Positions 46,201-56,840 of a stretch of DNA of 64,000 nt are shown one piece after another. The stretch spans positions 558,001 to 622,000 of the forward strand of contig OZ025666.1 of NCBI GenBank assembly GCA_964019335.1, read 5' to 3'. A model generated the notes under the pieces. The model did not search any database, was not told where the DNA came from, and saw only the letters and a list, made by a program, of their open reading frames with translations. Source of the DNA: Diplonema japonicum (Eukaryota; Protista; Euglenozoa: Diplonemea). Every line of letters begins with the position of its first letter. The first letter of the stretch is position 1. Position numbers and translations under genes: made by a program.

Positions 46201-46846
46201 GAAGGGTACGAAAGAAGCAAAGATCGTAAAACTTGCTGCGCTAGACCTGGTGTGGGGACACTTGCATGGGACACTGGACCAAGAAAAGCTCAAAAAGCTG
46301 AAGAAGAATCTGTGCAAAACGTACTCCGCGCAGGACAGAGTGATGTGGGCGCTCGATAAATTTAAGGCGGCTAATTTTGTGGCGCTGCAGGGCGTTGGGA
46401 AGAATGATGTCGTGCCACAGTTGTACGACAAGTACGATGTGGGCGGGCGTTGCATGGTGTTGTTGAAGAAGGGTGTTTTTAAGAATGTGGAAAAGGTGTC
46501 ATTGAAGCAGAACATCACAGCTCTTTCTGTGGTATACAAGGAAACAGGGCTGCTGCTTACCTCCATCGATTCCATGTGGAAGGCAGACACTTTGGTGAAC
46601 TACGCGTTGAACAATCAGCTCCTCCTCGTCTTCGGTGCACGCGACGCTGTCCTTGACGCAGTAACCCAAGACCTCACAGCCCACACCTCGAACCCCTCTG
46701 AGAAATCTATTTTCAGCACCGGCATCGTAGAGCCCCCATCCGGTATCTTCTCTTACAACCCTCTGGTCGAGACCGACTCTTACGACACGACTGCTCTCCA
46801 ACTCCCCTCTCACCACCAGCTCCTTGCTGCGAAGGTTGTTCTTTAA
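40299..46846 (+). CDS. Membrane-anchored coiled-coil protein with four tandem EEP (DNase I-like) domains
   Basis: Signal anchor MKTQTLVLFGIILGFLCFGY. Introns 40423-40462, 40555-40590, 40663-40709 and 40836-40867 join it to the 2002-aa ORF. TWNIA / FLQEV / GMDAN / KDNIMF / FPSDH motif sets. Confidence 0.85.
41270..45744 (+). repeat. Intragenic direct repeat blocks (offset ~3025 bp)
   Basis: 41270-41691 = 44297-44718. ~41772-41893 = ~44796-44917. ~42258-42717 is nearly identical to ~45285-45744. Confidence 0.9.
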
Positions 46847-47174
46847 ATAGTGTTTCTCTTTTTTTGGTAGATGAGGCAAGGGGGGGCGTCTCGAAAACTC
46901 TTCCTTTGACTCATTTTTTACTTTTTTTAACCGGAAGGCGGAGGAGGAGGGTGGGGGGGGGATATCAAGCTTGAAAAGGACGAGAGTTGGTTACTCTGGA
47001 TAAGATTAAGGCATCTTTCTTAGGCTCTCGCTCTTTTTTTTTTTCCTCTTCCCTTCTCTCTTTCTTTTCGTTGTTTTTTTTTCTTGCTATCTCCCCCCCC
47101 CATTTTTAATTTTCGGTAGAAACAACACACCTGCATAGGACAAAAGAAAAGAGAGCGACCAATACACCGCAACA

Positions 47175-47936
47175 ATGCCGCCTCAGAAGGTGACAGTCGA
47201 GTCGACTGAGAAAAGGGACGAGCTTAGGGAGTTTAGACAACAGCTGAATATGAAGAAGAGGAAGCGGCACGCGGAGTGGGCAGCTGTTGAAGTAACAGAT
47301 AGATTTACCGATAGGAATTTTTTATTGACGCTGGTAACATCTGAGGCTGTGTTCACTCTCGATGGGGAGAATGCCGTGGCACTTCATGACTATTGGTGGG
47401 ACATCATGAGTTTGCTACCCAACATCAGTATCGCTAGTGGAATCTGCTCAATTTCCTTTGTGGAAGGCACTCTACAGCTATGGCCCAACGGCGCTGTGAA
47501 GTGTTACATGAACAAGAACACCTCCCCTGGCAGCGACATCACCGGCCTTTTCGTCATGCAACGTTTAGGGACATTTCTCAAATCATTCAAATGCGGGGAA
47601 CAGGAAACGAGGCCTTTTGCAAAGCTCAATATCATGCGTTTCAAAGTAACCCACTTGACCATGAAGTTCACTCCAGTACATGCACGCATTGACCTATACA
47701 TCCTCTCCAAGCTTGTCGGTACCTGCATCGCCCTCCGCCACCTCGTGTGGACACACGAAGGAACAAAGTACAACACAAGCGCCACAGGGAACACTACCAT
47801 CTCCAGACGAGTAGCGATCACCGACCCACAAGAATTCCTTTCACACTATGAAACATTCAAAAAGTACCTCAAGGACTACTTACTACCCCTCCTTATGCAA
47901 AGCGACATGACGCAGACCAGGGGAAGGGATTTCTAA
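47175..47936 (+). CDS. Highly divergent TBP-fold protein (putative)
   Basis: [23 protein letters not shown]...[20 protein letters not shown] and YLLPLL map in order onto TBP core elements. Basic KKRKR NLS. Confidence 0.5.
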   Translation: [253 protein letters not shown]

Positions 47937-48029
47937 CTCAAACTACTTACTATTTTCATACGCCTTCCTACCAATACACCTCAGGGGGATCTTTTTTTTC
48001 CTGGGGGGTTTTTTTTTCTCAAGCTTAAG

Positions 48030-49724
48030 ATGACTTATAACATGCATTGGGTGACGGAGAACATTGTCTCCAGCAGCGATGTGTTGTCTGCGCTGAACGC
48101 TTTGGACGACCAGCAGATTGCGGAGCTGCTCCCCACAAGGCAGGGACGCTCTCAGCAGATCGAGATCACTTTGATGAAGAAGAGCAGGGCAAGCAGTGTG
48201 GGAGCGAACATGGGAAGCAGCACCGCTTCCACTCTTGGCTACAGTGATGACTCTGACAGCGGTTCCACAGGGTCGGGAACACCCCCTACGAAGCCCCTCT
48301 CTGTCAACATGGAGCTGCAGAAGCCTTCTAGGAGGCGCTTGTCCACAAAGCAGCATGAGACAGCAGCTAGGGCTCTTCAGCAGAGGATGAAGGAGATGAA
48401 GGATCAGAAGCTGGAGAGCAGCGTTGATGGGAAGCCTGCTGCTGTGACTGCTGCTGTGATCACGTTCATGATGGCTATGCTGTCGTGCCCGCTGAGCCCT
48501 TGCATGCCTCCTACGCACCTGCACCTGTCGCGCCTTCCCATCGGGACCGGGCACAGCATCGTGATCGACGCATTGAGGAGGGAGTGGCCTGACCACGAGT
48601 TCGACATCAAGCTGCACGTGTACCAGAAGACGCGCCACGTGAGCGGGGTAGCTGCGGTGACGCCTGGTCTTGGGGTGGACGAGCTGGAGGCGATCCGCAG
48701 GAGGACGGACACCCTGTACCTCCCTCTTGCAGACAGCGGGGACAAGATGATCGTTGAGGAGAGCAAGCGGGACAGGGACGCGCACCTCATGGCAAAGTAC
48801 CAGAAGATGGTGTTGCAGGGCCTCGGGATGGAGGTTCCCGGGATGGCTCCCTTGACACCGACAGTGCGCGAGATCGTGGAGTCTCCGATCGTGTACCTGC
48901 GGGTGATGGGGGACAGGGCGCAGTCGAACGGGCTGCTGAGCCACGTGAGCGACATCAAGGACGAGGGACTCATCTACATCCTGGACAGGTTCCCTGCGAC
49001 GGAGGACGGGATGCCCCTCTCGCACGCTGTTCGTCTGATCGCCCCGGACAAGAGCGCGAACAGGCAGCACATGCACCGTTCCCACTTCGGGAGGGCGTAC
49101 TTCTTGGAGTGCGTGGATGCTGAGTCGGCGGCTGCGACGATGCACGCTATCCAGCGCGACTCGGTGCAGAACGTGGACGGGATGCGCTTCAGTCTGCACG
49201 TGGAGATGAAGAAGCCGTCGGGGAGCGGGAGCGGGAGGCTCTTCGAACAGGACCCCCAAAAGAGGCAGCACGTGGAGAAGAGGCTCCAGACCGCGAAGGA
49301 GGTTGTTGAAGGCCTGCAGCACCAGACATGTGGTTGCCTCCTCCCCGAGAGGCACACCATGGCGATGCACGGCCTCTTCGCCTTCAACAGGGGTTACAGG
49401 AACATCAATAACATCAGCCCCATCCCCAGGCTTGAGACTGTCACCAAGTATGTTGTCCTTTCCCAAAATAAAAGAAACAATTTAATTTTTAAAAAAAAAA
49501 CAGCTACACCGAGTCCAACTACTGCGAGTCCTTCATGGGGGACGCAGTGTCCATTGTGGGCACAGACTACGGGACAGAGGTCTCGGAGTACGAGTCTTAC
49601 CAGGTATGCTGCCACCGCAAGGCGTAATCAACAACCACAACAACAGCCTTACTCGTCTGGCTACGGGTTTCCTATGCCCTACTGGCAGGCCTTCGACAGC
49701 AGCAGCACTAGATCTTACGCCTAG
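48030..49724 (+). CDS. Hypothetical protein with degenerate RRM-like segments, copy A
   Basis: GRAYFLECVDAESAAATMHAI...SLHVEMKK resembles RNP1-helix-beta4. Introns 49448-49503 and 49604-49646. Confidence 0.7.
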   Translation: MTYNMHWVTENIVSSSDVLSALNALDDQQIAELLPTRQGRSQQIEITLMKKSRASSVGANMGSSTASTLGYSDDSDSGSTGSGTPPTKPLSVNMELQKPSRRRLSTKQHETAARALQQRMKEMKDQKLESSVDGKPAAVTAAVITFMMAMLSCPLSPCMPPTHLHLSRLPIGTGHSIVIDALRREWPDHEFDIKLHVYQKTRHVSGVAAVTPGLGVDELEAIRRRTDTLYLPLADSGDKMIVEESKRDRDAHLMAKYQKMVLQGLGMEVPGMAPLTPTVREIVESPIVYLRVMGDRAQSNGLLSHVSDIKDEGLIYILDRFPATEDGMPLSHAVRLIAPDKSANRQHMHRSHFGRAYFLECVDAESAAATMHAIQRDSVQNVDGMRFSLHVEMKKPSGSGSGRLFEQDPQKRQHVEKRLQTAKEVVEGLQHQTCGCLLPERHTMAMHGLFAFNRGYRNINNISPIPRLETVTKYVVLSQNKRNNLIFKKKTATPSPTTASPSWGTQCPLWAQTTGQRSRSTSLTRYAATARRNQQPQQQPYSSGYGFPMPYWQAFDSSSTRSYA

Positions 49725-50727
49725 CGTTGCTGCATAAGGAGAAAAAAACAGCCACTGATAGCCGGTAGCGAAGTTAATTAATTTTCTGTAAAAAGAGGAA
49801 AAAGGGGAAATAAAAATGATACCTTTTTATTTCCTCGTTCATTGGTTTTTTACTCTCGAAAAAAGAGAGAATTATAAAAAGGGTGTTGCCTTCTATCGCG
49901 GCCCGATTATTTTTAGTTTCTTCCGCCTCTCCTGGGTGATGGATTGTTACCATTTCCATCAGTTGGTAAGAATGAGAGTTTATTTACGCTTCATATTTCC
50001 AAATAGCCAGCTGGGCACGTACTCCCAAAGTTCTTAAGTTCTTAACTAAATGTTTTGAAGAGTTTTATGGAATTGCCTTGGAGAGCTGGACAAGAATATA
50101 TATATGAAGTATATTTTAAGCAGTTTTTCTCCTTGACATACATTTGCTACGCTTTTTTCGCCCTTTCACACTTCACATATTTATTTTCTCTTTTTTCCAT
50201 TTACCACATCTTTTTTCTTTTAGCTTTATCTCCACATTTTCTTCCAATAAAGTCCTTCCCCTTCCATTGTAGCTGGGTTGGTTTTGGTAAAGCTGACCAA
50301 CCAGCCTCGTCTCTGCCTCTCGACATTGTCCGAGGGAAGAAAAAGAAAAAGAAAAGGAACAAAGATGTCATCACTAGCCTAGAAGAAATACAAAGAAGAA
50401 AAGAAAGGAAGGGGCCGTCTCGGAAAAGGGTTGTTGCATCTGCTTGTTTAAAAGCAAGGCAGCACGAAGCACCCTTTTTTTTCTTTTTCTTTTTTCCTTC
50501 TTGTTTTGTGCATCTTTCTTTTCCCCCGGAGGTGTTTTAAAAAGAATTTACAAAACCGGAGGCAGGGACAGTGGAGGGGGGGAAAACCGCAAACGAAAAA
50601 AGAAAAAAAGAAAGAAAAGAAAACCCACCACCCACTTTTAGCTTCTTTTCCCTTTATTATTATTATTATTAAGATTTCTCTTTATCGTGTTGTGCCACCC
50701 TTTGCAGGGCTTCCTCCCCACGGGGGA

Positions 50728-53700
50728 ATGGAAAATGCAAACCTAGAACGGCAGGTGCTGCAAAGAGAGCTCGTTGAGATCAGCTGGGATGGTGAATATG
50801 TAGGCGCGCGGATAGGAATGAAATCTCGTTCGATATGCTGCCAGCTTCGGGAGACAAAACGCCGTTCGCTGAAGGGACCTGACGCCGTCACGATTCAAAA
50901 AGCAGCAGCAATTGAAGAGAAGATGAACAGTGAACGGCCCATCCGGGAGGGAGACAAGGGCTGCTTCAGCATCGCAGTTCTTTTTCGCATGCTGCAGGAG
51001 AGCGACCTTGCCAAGCGCTACGCGTCCCTCAGTGTCTGGAGGTGCTTTCGCGACATCTTAACGTGTATATTTGTGGACTGGACCGATGCTGACGACGTCC
51101 TCTTCACTCGCAACACTGTACCACACACCATCATCAACCATTTGCAGGGCAAGCACACATATAAGGATGCATGCTGTACACTCTCCAAATCCAACGATGA
51201 CTCCTCCAGTCTCACACAGCGTCTCGAAGGTGTGTTCAGATCCCGAGCAGACGGCATCATCGACCGTATACACAGCTCAATGGCACAGCGTGTTACAACC
51301 TTCACACACGTCAGCAACATGGTGCTCATGATGCTGCTTGCGTGGCGTGGATTTGTTAGAAAGCAACGGTACATTCGCAAGCAGCGTAGCAGGCTACTCA
51401 AGACGCAGGAAGGCCTCCGGTTGTACAAGGTGTTCTCCGCATGGAGGCGTTTCGCAATATACGAGCACCTCGAGACAAAGCACTCGGCGAAGTCCAACAC
51501 GAGGGACGTCCTCTTGGCGAGTGTCGCCGAGCAGAATCGTCTTCTAGAAGAGTTGCGTTGTTTGAAGTCGCAGGTTGACACGCAGCAGGACCTCAACACT
51601 CGCCTGCAGCAGAAGCTGGATGAAGAGCTCTCGTCGCATTACATGTTAAACCTCAAGGAGCCTCTCCACGATGACGACGAAGAGCTCATCCACCACGGCA
51701 TCGTGGAGTTCAGGCACATCTCTCCTGCAGAGTGGGGGGAGCTGTGCGATGAAGAACAAGCCCGTGTGAACAGCGAGAGAAGCGACATAGAACAGATCAC
51801 AAATACTACTTTCTGCAAATCGATGTTTCACATGAGCGATGCCATCTCGTACCCTTCCCTTACCACTCTGTCACGGCTTGGCAAGGACTTGCACACAGCC
51901 GCCAGGTCCATCACTAAAGGCGAGTACCCCAAAGGGCACTACACCGTGGTCGGCATGCGCAAGGTCACCTTAGATGAGGCAGACGGAGCGGTCAAGAAGG
52001 GCAGCGGTTACATCAACAAGCGTGAAATCCTCCTCTCATGGGGGAACCTCAGGATTGCGGAAGGCTTTCCACACAGTGACTACGACATCAAGGAATACCG
52101 CCTCACAGCGCACCACCAGACGGTGAACGGGAAGGCCATCTTGTTGCTGCTGCACCTTATTGTCCCATACGACTTCGCAAGGGACATCACCATCGACGAC
52201 ATAGAGGAGATGGATACCGCGCAGCGGTGCAAGAAGGCTGCGAAGATCGTGTCGGCTTTGGGAGTGTTCGAGTACGAGGCGCTGCTGCAAGACTTTAAAG
52301 ACGGCTTGCAGGAAGATTCATATAACCTTCTGTTAGCACAGTGTTTTGTTTTTGAGCACCTCAATAAGGATATGAGGAAGAAGTACGCACAAGCTTTAAA
52401 CAAAGTAGGTGTCCCTGTCCCTGGACTGCTGGCTGCATCAATTGTACCCTCGAAGCTCGAACCTGTGGGATTGTTCCAGAAAGAGTCTTGTAGGAGAAGA
52501 CGGCCGTCGGCGCTGTCAAGGGGAGAAGATGCTGCGGAAGGGATGCGACGTGCCTCACGGCTGCTCGGCATGATTCCGCAGCAGGCACGTTTGTCTTTCA
52601 TGTCAGATCTAAAGGCAGTGCCGTCTGTCCCGCCGCCCATTAACACGCTGCGCTTAGTGTTCCAGCCAGGTGTGGGCATTCAGATGCTAGGCAGGTGCAA
52701 AACAATTTCACAAGAGGTGCAGTGCACCATCGAACCCTCATCCCGGCCCCAGCCAGTGCTGGTAGAGATCAGGTCGGACAGGCGGTTATCTAAAAGAAAA
52801 TCCGGAGCACGCCGGTCCAGCGTGTCAAAGTGTTCATCTATACGGTCGAGTGCCGAGTCAGGCGTCGGGTCGGCCTTCGCCATCGACGAAGCCTTCGGGA
52901 GGTGGCAGAACGACACGTCTTTTGATGAGATCAAACCAGGAAGCTGCAAGGTGCTTCGAACGGCTGAGCAAAAGACGCAAACTGACCCCGTGACCATCGG
53001 TGAGGTGAAGACAAACGAAAACGAACTGCTTCTGATGTGGATCTGCCAGATGGTGTCGTTCTTCTATTCTAAAATAGATGTTTACAGCGAAGGAGTTTAT
53101 GTGCAGCCACCAGCCGCCGAAGATCTTTGCACGACACCTCAAATGGCTGTTTGCGAGGACTCTACATCTCTGCTGTGCATCATGAAGGTATTGTACCAGA
53201 GCAAGGTGTGCTACGAGGACCTGCTGAAGGATGATGACGGGAGGATAGAACGGTTGCTCAGGATCGGCCAAGAGGTGGGAGGTGTAATGGGGGGCGTGAC
53301 AGTACGTGAGATGACTTTTGACAAGAGCCGCATCATGATAGCATACTCGGGGCTGTGGCTGGACTGGGAGCGGATGACGAAGAAACAAAGAAAATCCACC
53401 GAAAGGTCGAAAAAAAGAATTAAGGTCGGCATTGCGCCGCGCGAGAAGGCGTTGCAATTCTGCGAGACTGCTTTCGCAGACTTGAACGTCAGGAGCATGG
53501 AGAAGCTGCTGGTGGTTGTTGCAGACCACGGGACAGCTCTGCACAACATACAGAAATACTACTCCATGCTTGAAGGCCCGTGCCTAACACTTATTGGGCT
53601 GAAGGGGTACATGCAGATGTATCAAGACATTGGGCTTGTGGGCGGCACGTCACTCACAATGATAAGCAAGAGCGACCTTGAAAGAGTGTTCCTGAAGTGT

Positions 53701-54213
53701 AGCCAGGACGGGCAAATGGATTTTGAAGGTTTAGTGGAGAGCTGTCTTCGTGTTGCGGTGCTTTGGGACAACAGCTGCAGCAACCATGTTGTGCTTCTTG
53801 AAACGTTCATACGCGACGTGCTTCTAAAGAAGGCCGTCAAGTCCGGCTATGATGACTTCCTTTCCTTGTTCACAACACTTCCTGTGCAAGCCGTCATAGC
53901 GTCCTACCAGCATCAGCTCACAGTGCTGTACAGGTCCTTCCGAAGTCCTACATTCGACCTCAAGGCCTTCAAGTCCTTCCTCAGCACCCACGACATCCTC
54001 ACCGACTCCTTCCCCCTTGACTCCGCCCTCCAGATCTTCAGCGCTGTGCTTCATCACCACACCCCCGACCCCGTCCTTTCTATCAACGACTTTTTAATCG
54101 TCCTCGTCGGCATCGCCCTCACGCGATCCCCTTCTATCTGGATCCCCACTTCCAAGATCATCAGTACCTTCTTCACTTGCCTCAACCTAGAACCCTTTGT
54201 CAAGGGATCCTAA
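50728..54213 (+). CDS. Large hypothetical protein (Sfi1-like W repeats, coiled coil, CH-like and EF-hand-like regions)
   Basis: LLAWRGFV / VFSAWRRF repeats, ILLSWGN and LLMWIC CH-like starts, C-terminal MDFEGLVESCLRVA and LSINDFLIVLVGIA helices. Intronless. Confidence 0.7.
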   Translation: MENANLERQVLQRELVEISWDGEYVGARIGMKSRSICCQLRETKRRSLKGPDAVTIQKAAAIEEKMNSERPIREGDKGCFSIAVLFRMLQESDLAKRYASLSVWRCFRDILTCIFVDWTDADDVLFTRNTVPHTIINHLQGKHTYKDACCTLSKSNDDSSSLTQRLEGVFRSRADGIIDRIHSSMAQRVTTFTHVSNMVLMMLLAWRGFVRKQRYIRKQRSRLLKTQEGLRLYKVFSAWRRFAIYEHLETKHSAKSNTRDVLLASVAEQNRLLEELRCLKSQVDTQQDLNTRLQQKLDEELSSHYMLNLKEPLHDDDEELIHHGIVEFRHISPAEWGELCDEEQARVNSERSDIEQITNTTFCKSMFHMSDAISYPSLTTLSRLGKDLHTAARSITKGEYPKGHYTVVGMRKVTLDEADGAVKKGSGYINKREILLSWGNLRIAEGFPHSDYDIKEYRLTAHHQTVNGKAILLLLHLIVPYDFARDITIDDIEEMDTAQRCKKAAKIVSALGVFEYEALLQDFKDGLQEDSYNLLLAQCFVFEHLNKDMRKKYAQALNKVGVPVPGLLAASIVPSKLEPVGLFQKESCRRRRPSALSRGEDAAEGMRRASRLLGMIPQQARLSFMSDLKAVPSVPPPINTLRLVFQPGVGIQMLGRCKTISQEVQCTIEPSSRPQPVLVEIRSDRRLSKRKSGARRSSVSKCSSIRSSAESGVGSAFAIDEAFGRWQNDTSFDEIKPGSCKVLRTAEQKTQTDPVTIGEVKTNENELLLMWICQMVSFFYSKIDVYSEGVYVQPPAAEDLCTTPQMAVCEDSTSLLCIMKVLYQSKVCYEDLLKDDDGRIERLLRIGQEVGGVMGGVTVREMTFDKSRIMIAYSGLWLDWERMTKKQRKSTERSKKRIKVGIAPREKALQFCETAFADLNVRSMEKLLVVVADHGTALHNIQKYYSMLEGPCLTLIGLKGYMQMYQDIGLVGGTSLTMISKSDLERVFLKCSQDGQMDFEGLVESCLRVAVLWDNSCSNHVVLLETFIRDVLLKKAVKSGYDDFLSLFTTLPVQAVIASYQHQLTVLYRSFRSPTFDLKAFKSFLSTHDILTDSFPLDSALQIFSAVLHHHTPDPVLSINDFLIVLVGIALTRSPSIWIPTSKIISTFFTCLNLEPFVKGS

Positions 54214-54278
54214 CATTTCTACCCTTTATTCTCTATTAGCTTTCTTATTTAAAGCACTTTATTCAGGTATCTACAAAG

Positions 54279-55979
54279 ATGTCGTGCATGCATTGGGTGA
54301 CGGAGAACATTGTCTCCAGCAGCGATGTGTTGTCTGCGCTGAACGCTTTGGACGACCAGCAGATTGCGGAGCTGCTCCCCACAAGGCAGGGACGCTCTCA
54401 GCAGATCGAGATCACTTTGATGAAGAAGAGCAGGGCAAGCAGTGTGGGAGCGAACATGGGAAGCAGCACCGCTTCCACTCTTGGCTACAGTGATGACTCT
54501 GACAGCGGTTCCACAGGGTCGGGAACACCCCCTACGAAGCCCCTCTCTGTCAACATGGAGCTGCAGTCTGTGAAGGGATCTAGAATGGGGAGGCGCTTAT
54601 CCACAAAGCAGCAGGAGAAAGCAGCAAAGGCACTTCAGCAGAGGATGAAGGAGATGGAAGGAGAGGAGGAGAGCATCGTTGATGGGAAGCCTGCTGCTGT
54701 GACTGCTGCTGTGATCACGTTCATGATGGCTATGCTGTCGTGCCCGCTGAGCCCTTGCATGCCTCCTACGCACCTGCACCTGTCGCGCCTTCCCATCGGG
54801 ACCGGGCACAGCATCGTGATCGACGCATTGAGGAGGGAGTGGCCTGACCACGAGTTCGACATCAAGCTGCACGTGTACCAGAAGACGCGCCACGTGAGCG
54901 GGGTAGCTGCGGTGACGCCTGGTCTTGGGGTGGACGAGCTGGAGGCGATCCGCAGGAGGACGGACACCCTGTACCTCCCTCTTGCAGACAGCGGGGACAA
55001 GATGATCGTTGAGGAGAGCAAGCGGGACAGGGACGCGCACCTCATGGCAAAGTACCAGAAGATGGTGTTGCAGGGCCTCGGGATGGAGGTTCCCGGGATG
55101 GCTCCCTTGACACCGACAGTGCGCGAGATCGTGGAGTCTCCGATCGTGTACCTGCGGGTGATGGGGGACAGGGCACAGTCGAACGGGCTGCTGAGCCACG
55201 TGAGCGACATCAAGGACGAGGGACTCATCTACATCCTGGACAGGTTCCCTGCGACGGAGGACGGGATGCCCCTCTCGCACGCTGTTCGTCTGATCGCCCC
55301 GGACAAGAGCGCGAACAGGCAGCACATGCACCGTTCCCACTTCGGGAGGGCGTACTTCTTGGAGTGCGTGGATGCTGAGTCGGCGGCTGCGACGATGCAC
55401 GCTATCCAGCGCGACTCGGTGCAGAACGTGGACGGGATGCGCTTCAGTCTGCACGTGGAGATGAAGAAGCCGTCGGGGAGCGGGAGCGGGAGGCTCTTCG
55501 AACAGGACCCCCAAAAGAGGCAGCACGTGGAGAAGAGGCTCCAGACCGCGAAGGAGGTTGTTGAAGGCCTGCAGCACCAGACATGTGGTTGCCTCCTCCC
55601 CGAGAGGCACACCATGGCGATGCACGGCCTCTTCGCCTTCAACAGGGGTTACAGGAACATCAATAACATCAGCCCCATCCCCAGGCTTGAGACTGTCACC
55701 AAGTATGTTGTCCTTTCCCAAAATAAAAGAAACAATTTAATTTTTAAAAAAAAAACAGCTACACCGAGTCCAACTACTGCGAGTCCTTCATGGGGGACGC
55801 AGTGTCCATTGTGGGCACAGACTACGGGACAGAGGTCTCGGAGTACGAGTCTTACCAGGTATGCTGCCACCGCAAGGCGTAATCAACAACCACAACAACA
55901 GCCTTACTCGTCTGGCTACGGGTTTCCTGCCTCTACACAGTGGTGGAACCCCACTCAACATGAGCACGTCTATGCGTAA
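54279..55979 (+). CDS. Hypothetical protein with degenerate RRM-like segments, copy B
   Basis: Near-identical to 48030-49724. Introns 55703-55758 and 55859-55901. Confidence 0.7.
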   Translation: MSCMHWVTENIVSSSDVLSALNALDDQQIAELLPTRQGRSQQIEITLMKKSRASSVGANMGSSTASTLGYSDDSDSGSTGSGTPPTKPLSVNMELQSVKGSRMGRRLSTKQQEKAAKALQQRMKEMEGEEESIVDGKPAAVTAAVITFMMAMLSCPLSPCMPPTHLHLSRLPIGTGHSIVIDALRREWPDHEFDIKLHVYQKTRHVSGVAAVTPGLGVDELEAIRRRTDTLYLPLADSGDKMIVEESKRDRDAHLMAKYQKMVLQGLGMEVPGMAPLTPTVREIVESPIVYLRVMGDRAQSNGLLSHVSDIKDEGLIYILDRFPATEDGMPLSHAVRLIAPDKSANRQHMHRSHFGRAYFLECVDAESAAATMHAIQRDSVQNVDGMRFSLHVEMKKPSGSGSGRLFEQDPQKRQHVEKRLQTAKEVVEGLQHQTCGCLLPERHTMAMHGLFAFNRGYRNINNISPIPRLETVTKYVVLSQNKRNNLIFKKKTATPSPTTASPSWGTQCPLWAQTTGQRSRSTSLTRYAATARRNQQPQQQPYSSGYGFPASTQWWNPTQHEHVYA

Positions 55980-56802
55980 GCTTGCACAGCTTGTTAATTT
56001 AATTTATTGAATATTTTTTACTTCTTTGTTACTGTGTCGCTATTATCTTATTTCCCTCTCCATATACCTCTCTTCACCCCCCCTTTTTTTTTATATTTCA
56101 ATTATTTTCTTTGCTTCCACACCCCCCTTAGCTTTATACCTCTTTTTATTAAGTGAACCGCGTACTTCGGTTGGCAGCACCACGTGACTAAGCAATTTTT
56201 GTCTTAAAAAGTAAATTTGTCGGAATTTTGCTTAACGGAGTCTGTGGTGTTTGCATATTGGTTTTTTTTTTTTTCTTTCTTTTTCTTTTTTCTTACTACG
56301 GAACGATTGTGCTTTTTTTTTTTGATTTTTATTCCCCTCCCCCTTCACACCTCTTTCCCCCCTCCCCACTTTGCTTATCTAGGGGGGGGGGGGGAAAGAG
56401 GAAAGAAAAATAAAAGAACATAAAAAGACTGAACAATAAAAGAAAGCAGGAAGAGAAGAAATCCAGGTCCGGGATGGGGGAAATGCAAATAGTCCCTCCC
56501 TCCTGCTTCCTTTTTTTTCTCTTTTTTTTTTGTCCCCGCCCTTTTTGCGGGTTCAGCCTGCAGAATCTGGTTAAAAAGAATCCTTTTTATGCAGAATTAT
56601 AATAATAATAAAAAAACGAGAAGGAAAAAAGAAATTGTATCCGGAAAAGAAAGTCTTTTTTTTTTTTTAATTTGATGGTATTTGCACCGCAAACTGTTCT
56701 AATCGCGGGGGGAAGGGGAGAGGAGGGGGAAGAAGAAGAAAGAAGGAAAACAAAAAAGAAAGAAATCGTGTTTGGCGGCATGATCCGTTCACCGTTTTAC
56801 GT

Positions 56803-56840
<38 letters not shown>

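Noticed and set aside
47943-49466. 507-aa minus-strand ORF (and 54597-55721)
   Set aside because: Antisense to GC-rich CDSs, starts inside a + strand intron, and is truncated differently in the second copy.
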